Source of the DNA: an uncultured Acidobacteriota bacterium
GTDB lineage: Bacteria > Acidobacteriota > Terriglobia > Terriglobales > Acidobacteriaceae
Length of the DNA: 64,000 nt
NCBI GenBank assembly: GCA_963837635.1
Contig: CAWINY010000006.1
Location: 725,236-789,235, forward strand
Direction: 5' to 3'
Shown here one piece after another: positions 19,974 to 28,602 of this stretch. Positions within the stretch are counted from its first letter, which is position 1. Every line of letters starts with the position of its first letter. The translations under genes and the position numbers were made by a program. Under the pieces are notes generated by a model. That model was not told the DNA's origin and ran no database searches. It saw only the letters and a list, made by a program, of their open reading frames with translations.

Positions 19974-20387
19974 CTAGCGCTTGTCCAGCTCTTTGGCCAC
20001 GCTGTCCAGCACGCCGTTGATGAAGTGCACCGACTCGGGTGCGGAGAACTTGCGGGCGATCTCCAGCGCCTCGTTGATGACGACCGGTTTGGGGGTTTTG
20101 GGGAAGCCCACGAATTCGGCGACCGCGGTGCGCAGCAGGTTGCGATCGACGGCGGCCATGCGCTCCATGCGCCAGTGTTGGGTGTGCTTCTCGATCAGGG
20201 TATCGATCTGCTCGTTGCGTTCGCTGGCAATGCGAAACAAGTCGTCGGCAAAACCGCGGATGCTGTCCTCGATATCGTGGCGTTCGCCCCAGAAGGTGCG
20301 GCGCACGTGCTCAAGGTCCTGTTTGCCCATGTCGGACTGAAACAGCATCTGCAGCGCCAGCTCGCGTGCTTTTCGTCGTGTGCCCAT
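19974..20387 (-). CDS. nusB: Transcription antitermination factor NusB
   Basis: 137 aa. 'RRKARELALQMLFQ' N-terminus. Conserved ribH-nusB order. Confidence 0.85.
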   Translation of the reverse strand: MGTRRKARELALQMLFQSDMGKQDLEHVRRTFWGERHDIEDSIRGFADDLFRIASERNEQIDTLIEKHTQHWRMERMAAVDRNLLRTAVAEFVGFPKTPKPVVINEALEIARKFSAPESVHFINGVLDSVAKELDKR

Positions 20388-20537
20388 TCGCTCCTTGGCC
20401 GTTGGCTAAAACCTGCCACAGAGACACAGAGGAACCCAAATTCAGTTTTTCTCTGTGGCTCTGTGCCTCTGTGGCAGGTGTTTCTGACGCCCTGATCCGT
20501 CTCAATCCGTGCAATCCGCGGTTAGCTTTTTGTTTTC

Positions 20538-21377
20538 TCACTGCTGGCTGATGGCCTTCTTCAGCGACGCCATCTCGATGGCCGCCATGCCGGCTTCGAA
20601 TCCCTTGTTCCCAGCCTTCAGGCCGGCGCGGTCGATGGCCTGGGCCAGGGTCTCGCAGGTCAGGACGCCGTAGGCGTGCGGCACCCCGGTTTCCTGGGCG
20701 GCCTGCCCGATGCCGCGCGTGGCCTCGGTAGCGATGTGTTCGAAGTGCGTGGTCTCGCCACGAATGAGGCAGCCCAGACAGATCATCGCGTCCACCCGGC
20801 CGGTCTCGGCCATGGCGCGCGAGGCCCCAGGGATCTCAAAGGCTCCGGGCACGCGCAGCACGCTGATGTCGCTGTCCTTGGCGCCCGCGCGGTGCAGAGC
20901 GTCGATCGCACCCTCCAGCAGTCGCTCGGTGATGAAGCTGTTGAAGCGGCTCACCACGATGCCGAAGCGCTTGCCGCGCGCATCCAGGGTGCCTTCGAAC
21001 ACTTGCTGGTGGGCGGGGCGCTTCTCCGGCAGATAGGAGAAGATGGCGACTGTGGCCTCAGGCACGGGTTCCACGATGAACAGGCGCGCGCCGAATTTGC
21101 GGTCGCTGATCTCTTCGGCGATTTTGAAACCGCGGGCGCGAACGAAGTCGTAAGCCTCATCGGCGCTGGCGACTTCGAGCACCAGATCGGTGCGCGGGAA
21201 CTCGTTGCCCCAGCCGATCTCAATCCCGGCTTGCGGGGTGCGGAACAGGACGCCGCGGTTGTGGCGCCCCTGCCAGTCGTCGGCGCGGTCGAGACCGAGC
21301 GCGGTGAAGAAATCGTCGAGTTGCTTGAATTGCGCTTCATCGCGCGCCAAGCGGACGGTATAAATGGCTTTAATCAT
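20538..21377 (-). CDS. ribH: 6,7-dimethyl-8-ribityllumazine synthase fused to an N-terminal ~125-aa VOC/glyoxalase-like domain
   Basis: The C-terminal 154 aa begin 'VFEGTLDARGKRFGIVVSRFN...RVPGAFEIP...GCLIRGETTHFE', which is canonical RibH. An in-frame GTG at 21002 would give a standalone 154-aa RibH. No stop codon separates the upstream domain. Confidence 0.8.
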   Translation of the reverse strand: MIKAIYTVRLARDEAQFKQLDDFFTALGLDRADDWQGRHNRGVLFRTPQAGIEIGWGNEFPRTDLVLEVASADEAYDFVRARGFKIAEEISDRKFGARLFIVEPVPEATVAIFSYLPEKRPAHQQVFEGTLDARGKRFGIVVSRFNSFITERLLEGAIDALHRAGAKDSDISVLRVPGAFEIPGASRAMAETGRVDAMICLGCLIRGETTHFEHIATEATRGIGQAAQETGVPHAYGVLTCETLAQAIDRAGLKAGNKGFEAGMAAIEMASLKKAISQQ

Positions 21378-21664
21378 CAGGGTAATTGCCGGCTGGTTTT
21401 GATAAGGGCCGGAAGGACAAAACTAAATGAGATCAAGGGAGAAAACAACTGAGCGTTAGCCATCCGCCATCAGCCGTCAGCGATCAGTCTTCGACTCTCG
21501 CCACCGCCATCGACCGAGGGGGGCGCAAGTCCTGGGTGAGAGCAGTTATGAACCAAGTCCCGTAGGGACGGCACCTCGCGCCAGGGGTCTCGCACTTCCC
21601 GCTATCGCCCCGCGCGAAGATTTCGTGGTCCGTAGAGCATGAATCGCCAAAATTGCGTTCGCCG

Positions 21665-22624
21665 CTACGCCGGCACTGGCACGCTCTCCACAATCTCGCG
21701 GAGCACATCCTCGGCCTGCCCGGATTTCTTTTTGGTTGAGGAGTAGCGGGCGTTGACCACCACACGATGGGCCAGCACCGGAATCGCGAGCGACTTGAAA
21801 TCCTCCGGCGTGGTAAAGGTGCGGCCGTGCACATAGGCCATGGCCTGGGCGGCGCGCTGCAGCATCAGCGAGCCGCGCGGCGAGACACCCAGCGAAAGGT
21901 AGTCCGATTCGCGGGTGCGGCGGACGATCTCCAGGGTGTAATCGAGCAGGGAATCCTCGACCCGCACCTGGCCCACCTCCTCCTGCAGCGTGCAAACCTC
22001 TTCCGCGTTGAGGATGGGCTTGACGTGATCGAGCTGCGGCGTGCCGCCCTCGGAGCGCAGGATCGCACGCTCGCTCGCCGGACCCGGATAGCCCATGTGC
22101 GCCCGGATCAGGAAGCGGTCCATCTGCGATTCCGGCAGCGGATAGGTGCCGTGGTGCTCGATCGGGTTCTGGGTCGCGACCACCAGGAAGGGTTTCGGCA
22201 GCGGATACGAGTAGCCGTCCATGGTGACTTGGGCGTCGTTCATCGCTTCCAGCAATGCGGACTGGGTCTTCGGCGTGGTGCGGTTGATCTCGTCGGCCAG
22301 CAGCACATTGGTGAACACCGGGCCGGGTTTGAATTCGAACTCCTGCTCGGCGGCGGCATAGAGGGTGATGCCCAGCACGTCGCTGGGCAGCATATCGCTG
22401 GTGAATTGAACCCGCTGGAAGTTGCAATCCAGCGCCCGGGCGATAGTGTGCGCCAGCGTGGTTTTGCCCACCCCAGGCACGCCTTCAAGCAGCAGGTGAC
22501 CGCGCGCCAGCAGCGCCACCAGCGCCAGACGGACCACCTCGTCCTGTCCGCGGATAACGCTGCGCAGGGTGGATTCAAGCTCGGCGATGCGCGCCGCGGC
22601 ACGTCCGGTGAGCGGAGCAACCAT
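21665..22624 (-). CDS. MoxR-like AAA+ ATPase
   Basis: 319 aa. Walker A 'GVPGVGKTTLA', 'LLADEINRTTPKTQSALLEAM', 'FLVVATQNPIE..GTYPLPESQLDRF'-type motifs. Confidence 0.85.
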   Translation of the reverse strand: MVAPLTGRAAARIAELESTLRSVIRGQDEVVRLALVALLARGHLLLEGVPGVGKTTLAHTIARALDCNFQRVQFTSDMLPSDVLGITLYAAAEQEFEFKPGPVFTNVLLADEINRTTPKTQSALLEAMNDAQVTMDGYSYPLPKPFLVVATQNPIEHHGTYPLPESQMDRFLIRAHMGYPGPASERAILRSEGGTPQLDHVKPILNAEEVCTLQEEVGQVRVEDSLLDYTLEIVRRTRESDYLSLGVSPRGSLMLQRAAQAMAYVHGRTFTTPEDFKSLAIPVLAHRVVVNARYSSTKKKSGQAEDVLREIVESVPVPA

Positions 22625-22803
22625 GCTCTGGATTTTATCAGCCGGTAGGCAAACCCTACCGTTACGAAGGGTTACGAAGGACGCGAGATAAGGCTTACTG
22701 CGGCTTCACGCGGATTGAAACCGAACCTCGTTCGGCAGGAATTGGAAGAACCGGCCGGAATTTCGAATTCTACGAAGGGTTACCCGGAAACAGTAGCGGG
22801 TAG

Positions 22804-22822
22804 TTGGTAGCGCTACCGGGAA
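22804..22822 (-). repeat. 19-bp direct repeat of the tRNA-Glu 3' end (putative distal att site)
   Basis: TTGGTAGCGCTACCGGGAA at 22804-22822 is identical to 30949-30967. That second copy is the CCA end, 3' acceptor strand and start of the T-arm of tRNA-Glu, in the same orientation. Confidence 0.6.
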
Positions 22823-23044
22823 ACAGCCCCGGACAGCCTGTAATATTGCGACAAATATAGGCAAAACGCCAGTGTTCGTTTCGCCCGACCCAGGGAAAAG
22901 CGGCGAATATTGTGGCGGCGGGCATCACGATATTTTCCAAGGCTGCGCTCAAGCGCAAAACTTTTCTCTTGCTGGTCGATGGCAACCCGGCATCCAACCG
23001 GCGTTTCCAACTTTCAACCCTTAGTAAGCTCCGAGGTTGGCCCT

Positions 23045-23905
23045 ATGCGCGTGCTCCGCCCCTTGTTTCTCTCGCTGTTGCTCAGTTTTCAGGCGCTCGC
23101 GGCGACTCCGGCCTTAGCACCGATCGTCGTCATCGCATTCGAAAATCATCCTTACTCGTCGGTGGTCGGCAGCTCGGCCATGCCGTACCTGAATAGCCTG
23201 ATCCAGGAGTATTCGCTGGCGGCCAACTTCTACGCCACAGCGCCGGGTTCGGTGCCGGACTATTTCATGATTACCACGGGAGAAAGGGTCGCGTGTTGCC
23301 CCTCCTATGCCGGACCCTACACAGGCAACAACCTGGTGCGCGTGCTGGGAAATGGCGGAAAAAGCTGGAAGGTGTACGCCCAGAGCCTCCCCTACGCGGG
23401 CTATCTTGGTTCCGGCTATTATCCCTATGTGAAGTACCACAATCCATTCGCCTACTTCAGCGACGTTGTGAACAACTCGACGCAAAAAGCGAAAATCGTG
23501 CCGCTCTCGCAGCTTTCTGCCGATCTTTCCACAGGCCAGCTGCCGATCTTCATGTACATCCTCCCGGACAATGTTCACAACGCACACAGTTGTCCGGGAG
23601 CGACGAACTGCACCGATGCCGACAAGCTGCGCGCCGCCGACCTGTTTTTGCAGGACTACGTTCCGGCGCTCTTGCACACCCCGGCATTCGAAAAGAGTGG
23701 TTTGCTGGTGATTTGGTGGGACGAGGGAAACTCCACCACGGAGCATACGGCTATCACGTTTGTCGGGCCGCTGGTCAGGAAGGGGTATAAGTCTTACACC
23801 TTCTATAAAGACCAAAACCTGCTGCGCACGATCATTGAAGGCCTCCGGCTGAATTCGTTCCCCGGCGTGTCGGTCACTGCGAGCGACATGAGTGACATCT
23901 TCTGA
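23045..23905 (+). CDS. Secreted phosphoesterase-family protein (acid phosphatase/PLC-like)
   Basis: Trimmed to the Met at 23045, which begins the signal peptide 'MRVLRPLFLSLLLSFQALAA'. 'IVVIAFENHPYS' and 'LLVIWWDEGN' phosphoesterase-family motifs. Confidence 0.7.
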   Translation: MRVLRPLFLSLLLSFQALAATPALAPIVVIAFENHPYSSVVGSSAMPYLNSLIQEYSLAANFYATAPGSVPDYFMITTGERVACCPSYAGPYTGNNLVRVLGNGGKSWKVYAQSLPYAGYLGSGYYPYVKYHNPFAYFSDVVNNSTQKAKIVPLSQLSADLSTGQLPIFMYILPDNVHNAHSCPGATNCTDADKLRAADLFLQDYVPALLHTPAFEKSGLLVIWWDEGNSTTEHTAITFVGPLVRKGYKSYTFYKDQNLLRTIIEGLRLNSFPGVSVTASDMSDIF

Positions 23906-24042
23906 GCCGATCTCCATTCGCCATTGCCAAAACGATGTTCCTGCCGGAGTGGGCCGCATCGCGGCTTCTTCGGTCATAACGGGCTCCTTCGGCGGACCAC
24001 AGGGATTACCATACTCCTGCTGGCAATGATCCTGGAGGCGAG

Positions 24043-24537
24043 ATGACGAAAAGCGGAATTACAATCGACATTCCCGGAATCGGGTTGCGGCACGTCCACA
24101 CGGTCTTGACCGATTACACAGGAACCCTGTCGCGGGGCGGTCGGCTGGATGTCGGCGTCAGAGAACACCTTTGCAAGCTCGCCCAAGTGGTGGACATCCA
24201 CGTAATCACGGCGGATACCTTTGGCATTGCCGAAGATGAACTGAGGGGTATTCCCGTCACATTCCACAGGCTAACTGGCGATCAGCAGGATGTTCAAAAG
24301 CAAGAACACGGGACGAGCGTTGGTCTTAGGCAGTGTGCCGTGCTGGGGAACGGGAACAATGATCGCTTGCTTCTAAAGGCAGCCAAGGACGAGGGCGGTC
24401 TTGCGATTGCGGTTGACAACGGGGAGGGCTGCGCGACCGATGCCCTTTTGAATTCCAACATCTTCATCGTCGGAGCCGCCAACGCGCTCACGCTGCTGCT
24501 TGAACCGAGGGGCTGCAATGCCACGCTGCGGTTTTGA
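24043..24537 (+). CDS. HAD-superfamily protein resembling soluble P-type-ATPase-like domain proteins (COG4087-like)
   Basis: Motif I 'VLTDYTGTL' (DxT), 'HVITADT', 'GNGNNDRLLLKAA'. Confidence 0.65.
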   Translation: MTKSGITIDIPGIGLRHVHTVLTDYTGTLSRGGRLDVGVREHLCKLAQVVDIHVITADTFGIAEDELRGIPVTFHRLTGDQQDVQKQEHGTSVGLRQCAVLGNGNNDRLLLKAAKDEGGLAIAVDNGEGCATDALLNSNIFIVGAANALTLLLEPRGCNATLRF

Positions 24538-24677
24538 TGGGCTTTCTCGGCCTGCCGATCGCGACAGTCGTCACCACACAAATGGAATCAGCGCCCCTCA
24601 GACTGCTAAGGCAACGGTGTACTTGTATTCCTTTTGTTTTCAGGATAGCTTTACCCACCTACAGATGGGAGAGGCGT

Positions 24678-25049
24678 ATGCTTGTCGCCACCAACAAACA
24701 ATCTTCGGGAGTCGTGCCTCTGCAATGCGCTGTGCTTTGTGTTGATTGCGAGTCAGTCAGCAATAGCCAATTGGACGTGTGCCCCGTCTGCGGCGGACAT
24801 TCGCTGCTCAGCATCGCACGAATACTCGGCGGCACTCTTTTCGCGGAGAAGGCTAAACCTGCCGTAGTGCTGTTCGACATGGAAATCTCCATCCAGTTGA
24901 AGCAAGTGGAGGGCAGCGATTTGACCACAACCGTTAAAGGCATTACCAACGCCATCCAGCCAAGCCTCAGCAGAGGTCGAGCTTCATTTCACGTCAATGT
25001 GGAACCTGCCGCAGAGGTCGATGCTCCTTACAAGTTGAAGGTCGCGTAG
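24678..25049 (+). CDS. Zinc-ribbon protein, paralog A (C-x2-C-x12-C-x2-CG-x-SLLS-x-A-x-ILGG)
   Basis: Track ORF trimmed to the ATG at 24678, preceded by GGGAGAGG. 'LQCAVLCVDCESVSNSQLDVCPVCGGHSLLSIARILGGTL' matches paralog B at 26802..27182. Confidence 0.5.
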   Translation: MLVATNKQSSGVVPLQCAVLCVDCESVSNSQLDVCPVCGGHSLLSIARILGGTLFAEKAKPAVVLFDMEISIQLKQVEGSDLTTTVKGITNAIQPSLSRGRASFHVNVEPAAEVDAPYKLKVA

Positions 25050-25192
25050 TCAGGCATAACATGAGCGCTCACGATGCTGGCGTGACCGCCCATGCGGCCA
25101 ACGAGTACATGCGTAAGCATTGCGATCCAATGCAGCCGAGTTCGGCACAGCACGGTCTCGCCCGAACTGAGATTTTCGTCGATGTAGCTCAT
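25028..25192 (-). CDS. Short ORF whose N-terminus resembles bPH_2/YdbT-type (DUF304) proteins, possibly a truncated remnant
   Basis: Not in the track (54 aa). An AGGAGG lies 6 nt upstream of the ATG. The 'MSYIDENLSSGETVLCRTRLHWIA' start is like DUF304 proteins, but the expected TM segments are missing. Confidence 0.35.
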   Translation of the reverse strand: MSYIDENLSSGETVLCRTRLHWIAMLTHVLVGRMGGHASIVSAHVMPDYATFNL

Positions 25193-25341
25193 GCCGGCCT
25201 CCTGAGAACACCAGTGCAGGCAATCCTAGAACTTACATCGCGACGAAAGCAATGAGCCGATCGGATGCGTCAACTGGATCAGCAGTGAGCCGCCCATGGG
25301 ACTGGATAGGAAATTGACGTTGATGCCATAATCCGTGTCCA

Positions 25342-25379
25342 GAAAAAATACGACCCACAGTGATTACCGCTGTGGGTCG
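25342..25379 (-). terminator. Rho-independent terminator
   Basis: Minus strand CGACCCACAG-cggtaatca-CTGTGGGTCG followed by TATTTTTTCT. Lies downstream of the 25437..25760 ORF. Confidence 0.65.
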
Positions 25380-25436
25380 CTTGGTAATGGGAGGGGATGT
25401 TGCTTTTGGTTGTTGGACGTGTGACGGATCGAAGCG

Positions 25437-25760
25437 TTAGCAGGACGATACTCGGGTCGGTTTGCTGCTGGTTGGGTTAAGTTTGCTTGTCCTCGTGCCC
25501 TTTTTTCGACCAGCAGCTTCGCGAGTTGATCGTGCGGTTCTATGGGCGTGCTCCCCGAAATCGTCCCCGGCCTTGGGGCTTCCCAACACGGCGTTGTCTG
25601 CTGGACGGACTCGAACTTCGGATGTGCCCTGCTGCATAGTATTAGTGTTGTTCATGGTATTAGTGCTGTTCATCACGTGTGCACCTGTCGGTATATCCAT
25701 TGATCCGGCAATCCACAAGAGAACCATACACACGACGAGCATGAATAAATATCGTTTCAT
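25437..25760 (-). CDS. Small secreted hypothetical protein (Asn/Thr-rich then basic)
   Basis: Signal-like 'MKRYLFMLVVCMVLLWIAGS'. Followed by a strong terminator. No recognisable family. Confidence 0.45.
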   Translation of the reverse strand: MKRYLFMLVVCMVLLWIAGSMDIPTGAHVMNSTNTMNNTNTMQQGTSEVRVRPADNAVLGSPKAGDDFGEHAHRTARSTREAAGRKKGTRTSKLNPTSSKPTRVSSC

Positions 25761-26580
25761 GATTAACCGCCTTTCTTCCATAAGCTCCTGGCTCCTGCGT
25801 CAGTCAACTGCGCATTCCACAGTCAGAGCTAGACCGGGATGCTGACGGGTATAGGGGTGACGAACTGTCGCCTCTGTGACGAGGAGCCGTTTTGATTCCC
25901 GGAGCGCTTCTCCATGGCATCCGGTAGCTCATCCAAGGTATGAGATTTGCTGTTAGCGCCGGTTTAGAATCGAGCCACTTAAGCCGGTATAGGTGTGGGT
26001 TGAGCTTGCGACACGATCGTCGGCACTCACCCGTTGGATGGCAAAGGTAATTATAAACTACAGTAGAGTGACTTACCAGCGTCCTCGCCAATAAGGGGCT
26101 TTCCCCGGTTCACTTCTCCGGCCTCCTCTGGCGAGAATGGCTCCGTTTTTCACCGGCAATTACAAATTTACTAACCTTCTGTTTCAGTGTGATGTTATCA
26201 GCGTTAATTTTCGATAACAAACGATTCCTGAGCGAGTTCCACGCCAAGCGTTCGCGCCAAGAGATTGCCGAGGCGAATGGGCTTGTTTGTGCTGGTTGAA
26301 CCACGGTAGTAAACCTGACCACGATGGCGGGGAACAAGTATCACGATGCCTCAACCGGCAGCAAGCACCGTAGCGCGATTCCCAAAAGAAACGACCTACA
26401 GTGGAGGCCACCGTGGGTCGCGTTTGAAGGAAGGCGGTATGTGTCCTAGCTGTCCCTCATAAACCGGCCCCGGTGGTGGCGGCGAAACGCAAAATCAAGA
26501 TCTAGCGCATTCGGAAAAATCAGGAAACCAACCAGGCAGTTGTCCCTGTTGCTGGGCGCACCAGGGGCGCGGGATCGATT

Positions 26581-26595
26581 GGGGGGGGGGTGGGG
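26581..26595. repeat. Homopolymer G10-T-G4 tract
   Basis: ggggggggggtgggg read directly, in a non-coding, AT-richer part of the island. Confidence 0.9.
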
Positions 26596-26801
26596 AAAAA
26601 CAGGAAAACCTCAATTTGGGAAGAACCGTAGGGGAACAGCCCGACTGTAACTGTGGGCTGTGATCGTTGCAGCAAGCGCCCGGTGTTACTTCCTGTAGTT
26701 AAGTAGATGCTGTCTTGCTGGTGGAAAGATGCACGTCCTTCGGGATTCCTCCGAGCAGAAGTGCTCCGGCTTTCGTTACCCGTCTCCAGCGCCATTCGCT
26801 T

Positions 26802-27182
26802 TCATCCTTGCAACCGGCCCCTGGATCGAATGCGGACGAGCCGCTTCCGCCGACTATGGTTGTGCTCGGGCGGCGGCATCACGATCAACGGTGGCAGGGC
26901 GAAAAGTGTTTGCTGCGCATCGTTGCCGATCACCTGAGTCCTGCGAGTCGGCAGGGCACCGCCCAGGATGCAGGCGAGACTTAGCAGCGAGCGGCTTCCG
27001 CAGATTCGGCAGGCATCATGCGGGCTGTCGCTGATCACTTCGCACCCGGCGCAATGAACGAGCGGCAACGAGTGATTACCGCGCGCATCGAAGCTATCGC
27101 GGGCGAAAGGCAAACCATCGCAAGGCGCATCTTCGAGACGTGGTACGCCGAGTGCCAAACCGTTGTCAGGGCAGCCGAGCAC
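26802..27182 (-). CDS. Zinc-ribbon protein, paralog B
   Basis: 'LVHCAGCEVISDSPHDACRICGSRSLLSLACILGGAL' aligns with paralog A. The true start is unclear. It overlaps a plus-strand ORF (27018..27374) that cannot be excluded. Confidence 0.4.
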   Translation of the reverse strand: MLGCPDNGLALGVPRLEDAPCDGLPFARDSFDARGNHSLPLVHCAGCEVISDSPHDACRICGSRSLLSLACILGGALPTRRTQVIGNDAQQTLFALPPLIVMPPPEHNHSRRKRLVRIRSRGRLQG

Positions 27183-27431
27183 GGGCTGTTTTGCACCTTG
27201 CTAGACGGCCTGAAGGCGAGCTTCTACGAGTTTCAGGACCGCACCGGCACCGGGGGAACTCTTGACCGGCCCTTTTCCTTTCTCGTTCAAGACCATTACC
27301 TCTCAAACCTCACCGCGGATGAGCACAGCGCGGAGTGGAACAGCGGAAGTCGCTGGTACAGCGGGCGTCGATGAGGCGCCCTTTTTTATCGTGCGCTTTC
27401 CCGCGCGTAAGTCAATCTGCGAGGTGAGTCA

Positions 27432-27779
27432 GTGAGGAAAAAAGGCGATCTGCCGTTGACCTCGGAGGAAATCAGCCGAGCGAAGACCTATGCCGCTATG
27501 GGTTATTCCTTCCGCGCGATCGGCCGCGAGTTGAAGCGGAGCGACCGTACCATCAAAGCACTTCTGTCGAAGCCAGCCATAGCCGCTGAGGTTTGCACTA
27601 AGAAGGCAGAATTGAGCGATATGTTCGAACGGCTCGCTATCCGTACCATCGAAGCGGTCAGTGCGGACGACATCAAGGACGCCTCTCTGTTGCAGAAAGC
27701 CACCACTGCGGGGATTGCCGTCGACAAGATGCGTTTGTTGCGCGGCGAGAGCACGAGCATATCGACGTTCACGCCCTGA
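27432..27779 (+). CDS. Small HTH-domain protein (resolvase/terminase-small-subunit-like HTH)
   Basis: 'LTSEEISRAKTYAAMGYSFRAIGRELKRSDRTIKALL' helix-turn-helix. GTG start preceded by GAGGTGAG. Confidence 0.5.
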   Translation: MRKKGDLPLTSEEISRAKTYAAMGYSFRAIGRELKRSDRTIKALLSKPAIAAEVCTKKAELSDMFERLAIRTIEAVSADDIKDASLLQKATTAGIAVDKMRLLRGESTSISTFTP

Positions 27780-27869
27780 TGGAGGTGGCCGACCTGATCA
27801 GGTCGCAAGATGACGACGAGGATCAGAGGCAACTACCCGCCCCACCCTGCCAGTAGCCGCTGCTTCGCC

Positions 27870-28545
27870 TTTTCGGCTAATGAAATGGGAGTTCCCCCGG
27901 CTCTGCCGGGGAGGCACGCGAAGTTTGACAGATACGGGAGTCCATCCAAGAAACTCCTGGCGTGAGCCGCGAAGCACACGCAAAGGAGAAACTGGATGGA
28001 CGAGTATGAAAGCTTAAGCCACTCGAAATGGGAGTGCAAATACCATGTGGTGTTTATCCCAAAGGGCCGGCGGAAAGCGTTGTATGGGGAGTTGCGGAAG
28101 TATTTGGGAGAGGTGTTCCGCAAACTGGCGGAGCAGAAGGAAAGCCGGATTGAGGAAGGGCATCTGCTGGCGGACCACGTGCACATGTTGATATCGATCC
28201 CGCCGAAGTACGCGGTGGCGCAGGTGGTTGGGTTTATGAAAGGGAAGAGTGCGATTCATCTGGCGCGAGTGTACGGAGGGCGGAAACAGAATTTTGTAGG
28301 GCAGAGTTTCTGGGCGCGGGGATACTTTGTGTCGACGGTCGGGCGGGACGAGACATCGATCCGAGAGTACATCCGCACGCAGGAGGAAGAGGACAAGCGC
28401 CTGGATCAGTTGAACATGTGGCGCTGAAGGGGCCACCTTCAGGTGGCCAAGAATGTCGGGGCCGCGTTAGCGACCCCGCTCAGCCGCTTTGAGCGGCTCA
28501 CATCCTAAAGCCCCCGGCTCTGCCGGGGGATATTTACTCCATCCG
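27870..28545 (+). mobile_element. IS200/IS605-family insertion sequence (IS200-like, tnpA only); ends approximate
   Basis: A Y1/HUH transposase gene is flanked by nearly identical subterminal hairpins CCCCGGC-tct-GCCGGGG at 27895-27911 and 28511-28529. Confidence 0.6.
27996..28427 (+). CDS. tnpA: IS200/IS605 family transposase TnpA (Y1 HUH)
   Basis: 143 aa. 'YHVVFIPKGRRK', HUH 'DHVHMLISIPP', 'GYFVSTVG...IREYIR'. Confidence 0.9.
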   Translation: MDEYESLSHSKWECKYHVVFIPKGRRKALYGELRKYLGEVFRKLAEQKESRIEEGHLLADHVHMLISIPPKYAVAQVVGFMKGKSAIHLARVYGGRKQNFVGQSFWARGYFVSTVGRDETSIREYIRTQEEEDKRLDQLNMWR

Positions 28546-28602
28546 CCCGCTTGCTTCCGACTCGTCTCGGGCGTACAGTGGGAACCGTTTTTCAGCCCTT
28601 AG

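Noticed and set aside
21480-21660. Possible FMN (RFN) riboswitch upstream of ribH. The minus-strand sequence begins AUCUUCGCGCGGGGC and ends GAGUCGAAGA, so it is P1-like.
   Set aside because: The conserved RFN core blocks (GGUGAAAUUCC, ACCGGCGGU, AGCCCGCGAGC, AGUCCGGAUG) are not present. The region instead contains REP-type hairpins such as GTCCCTACGGGAC.
27018-27374. 118-aa plus-strand ORF overlapping zinc-ribbon paralog B
   Set aside because: It is not listed as a feature. It overlaps the minus-strand ORF that is supported by paralogy to 24678..25049, and both frames have GC-rich third positions. It cannot be excluded without expression data.
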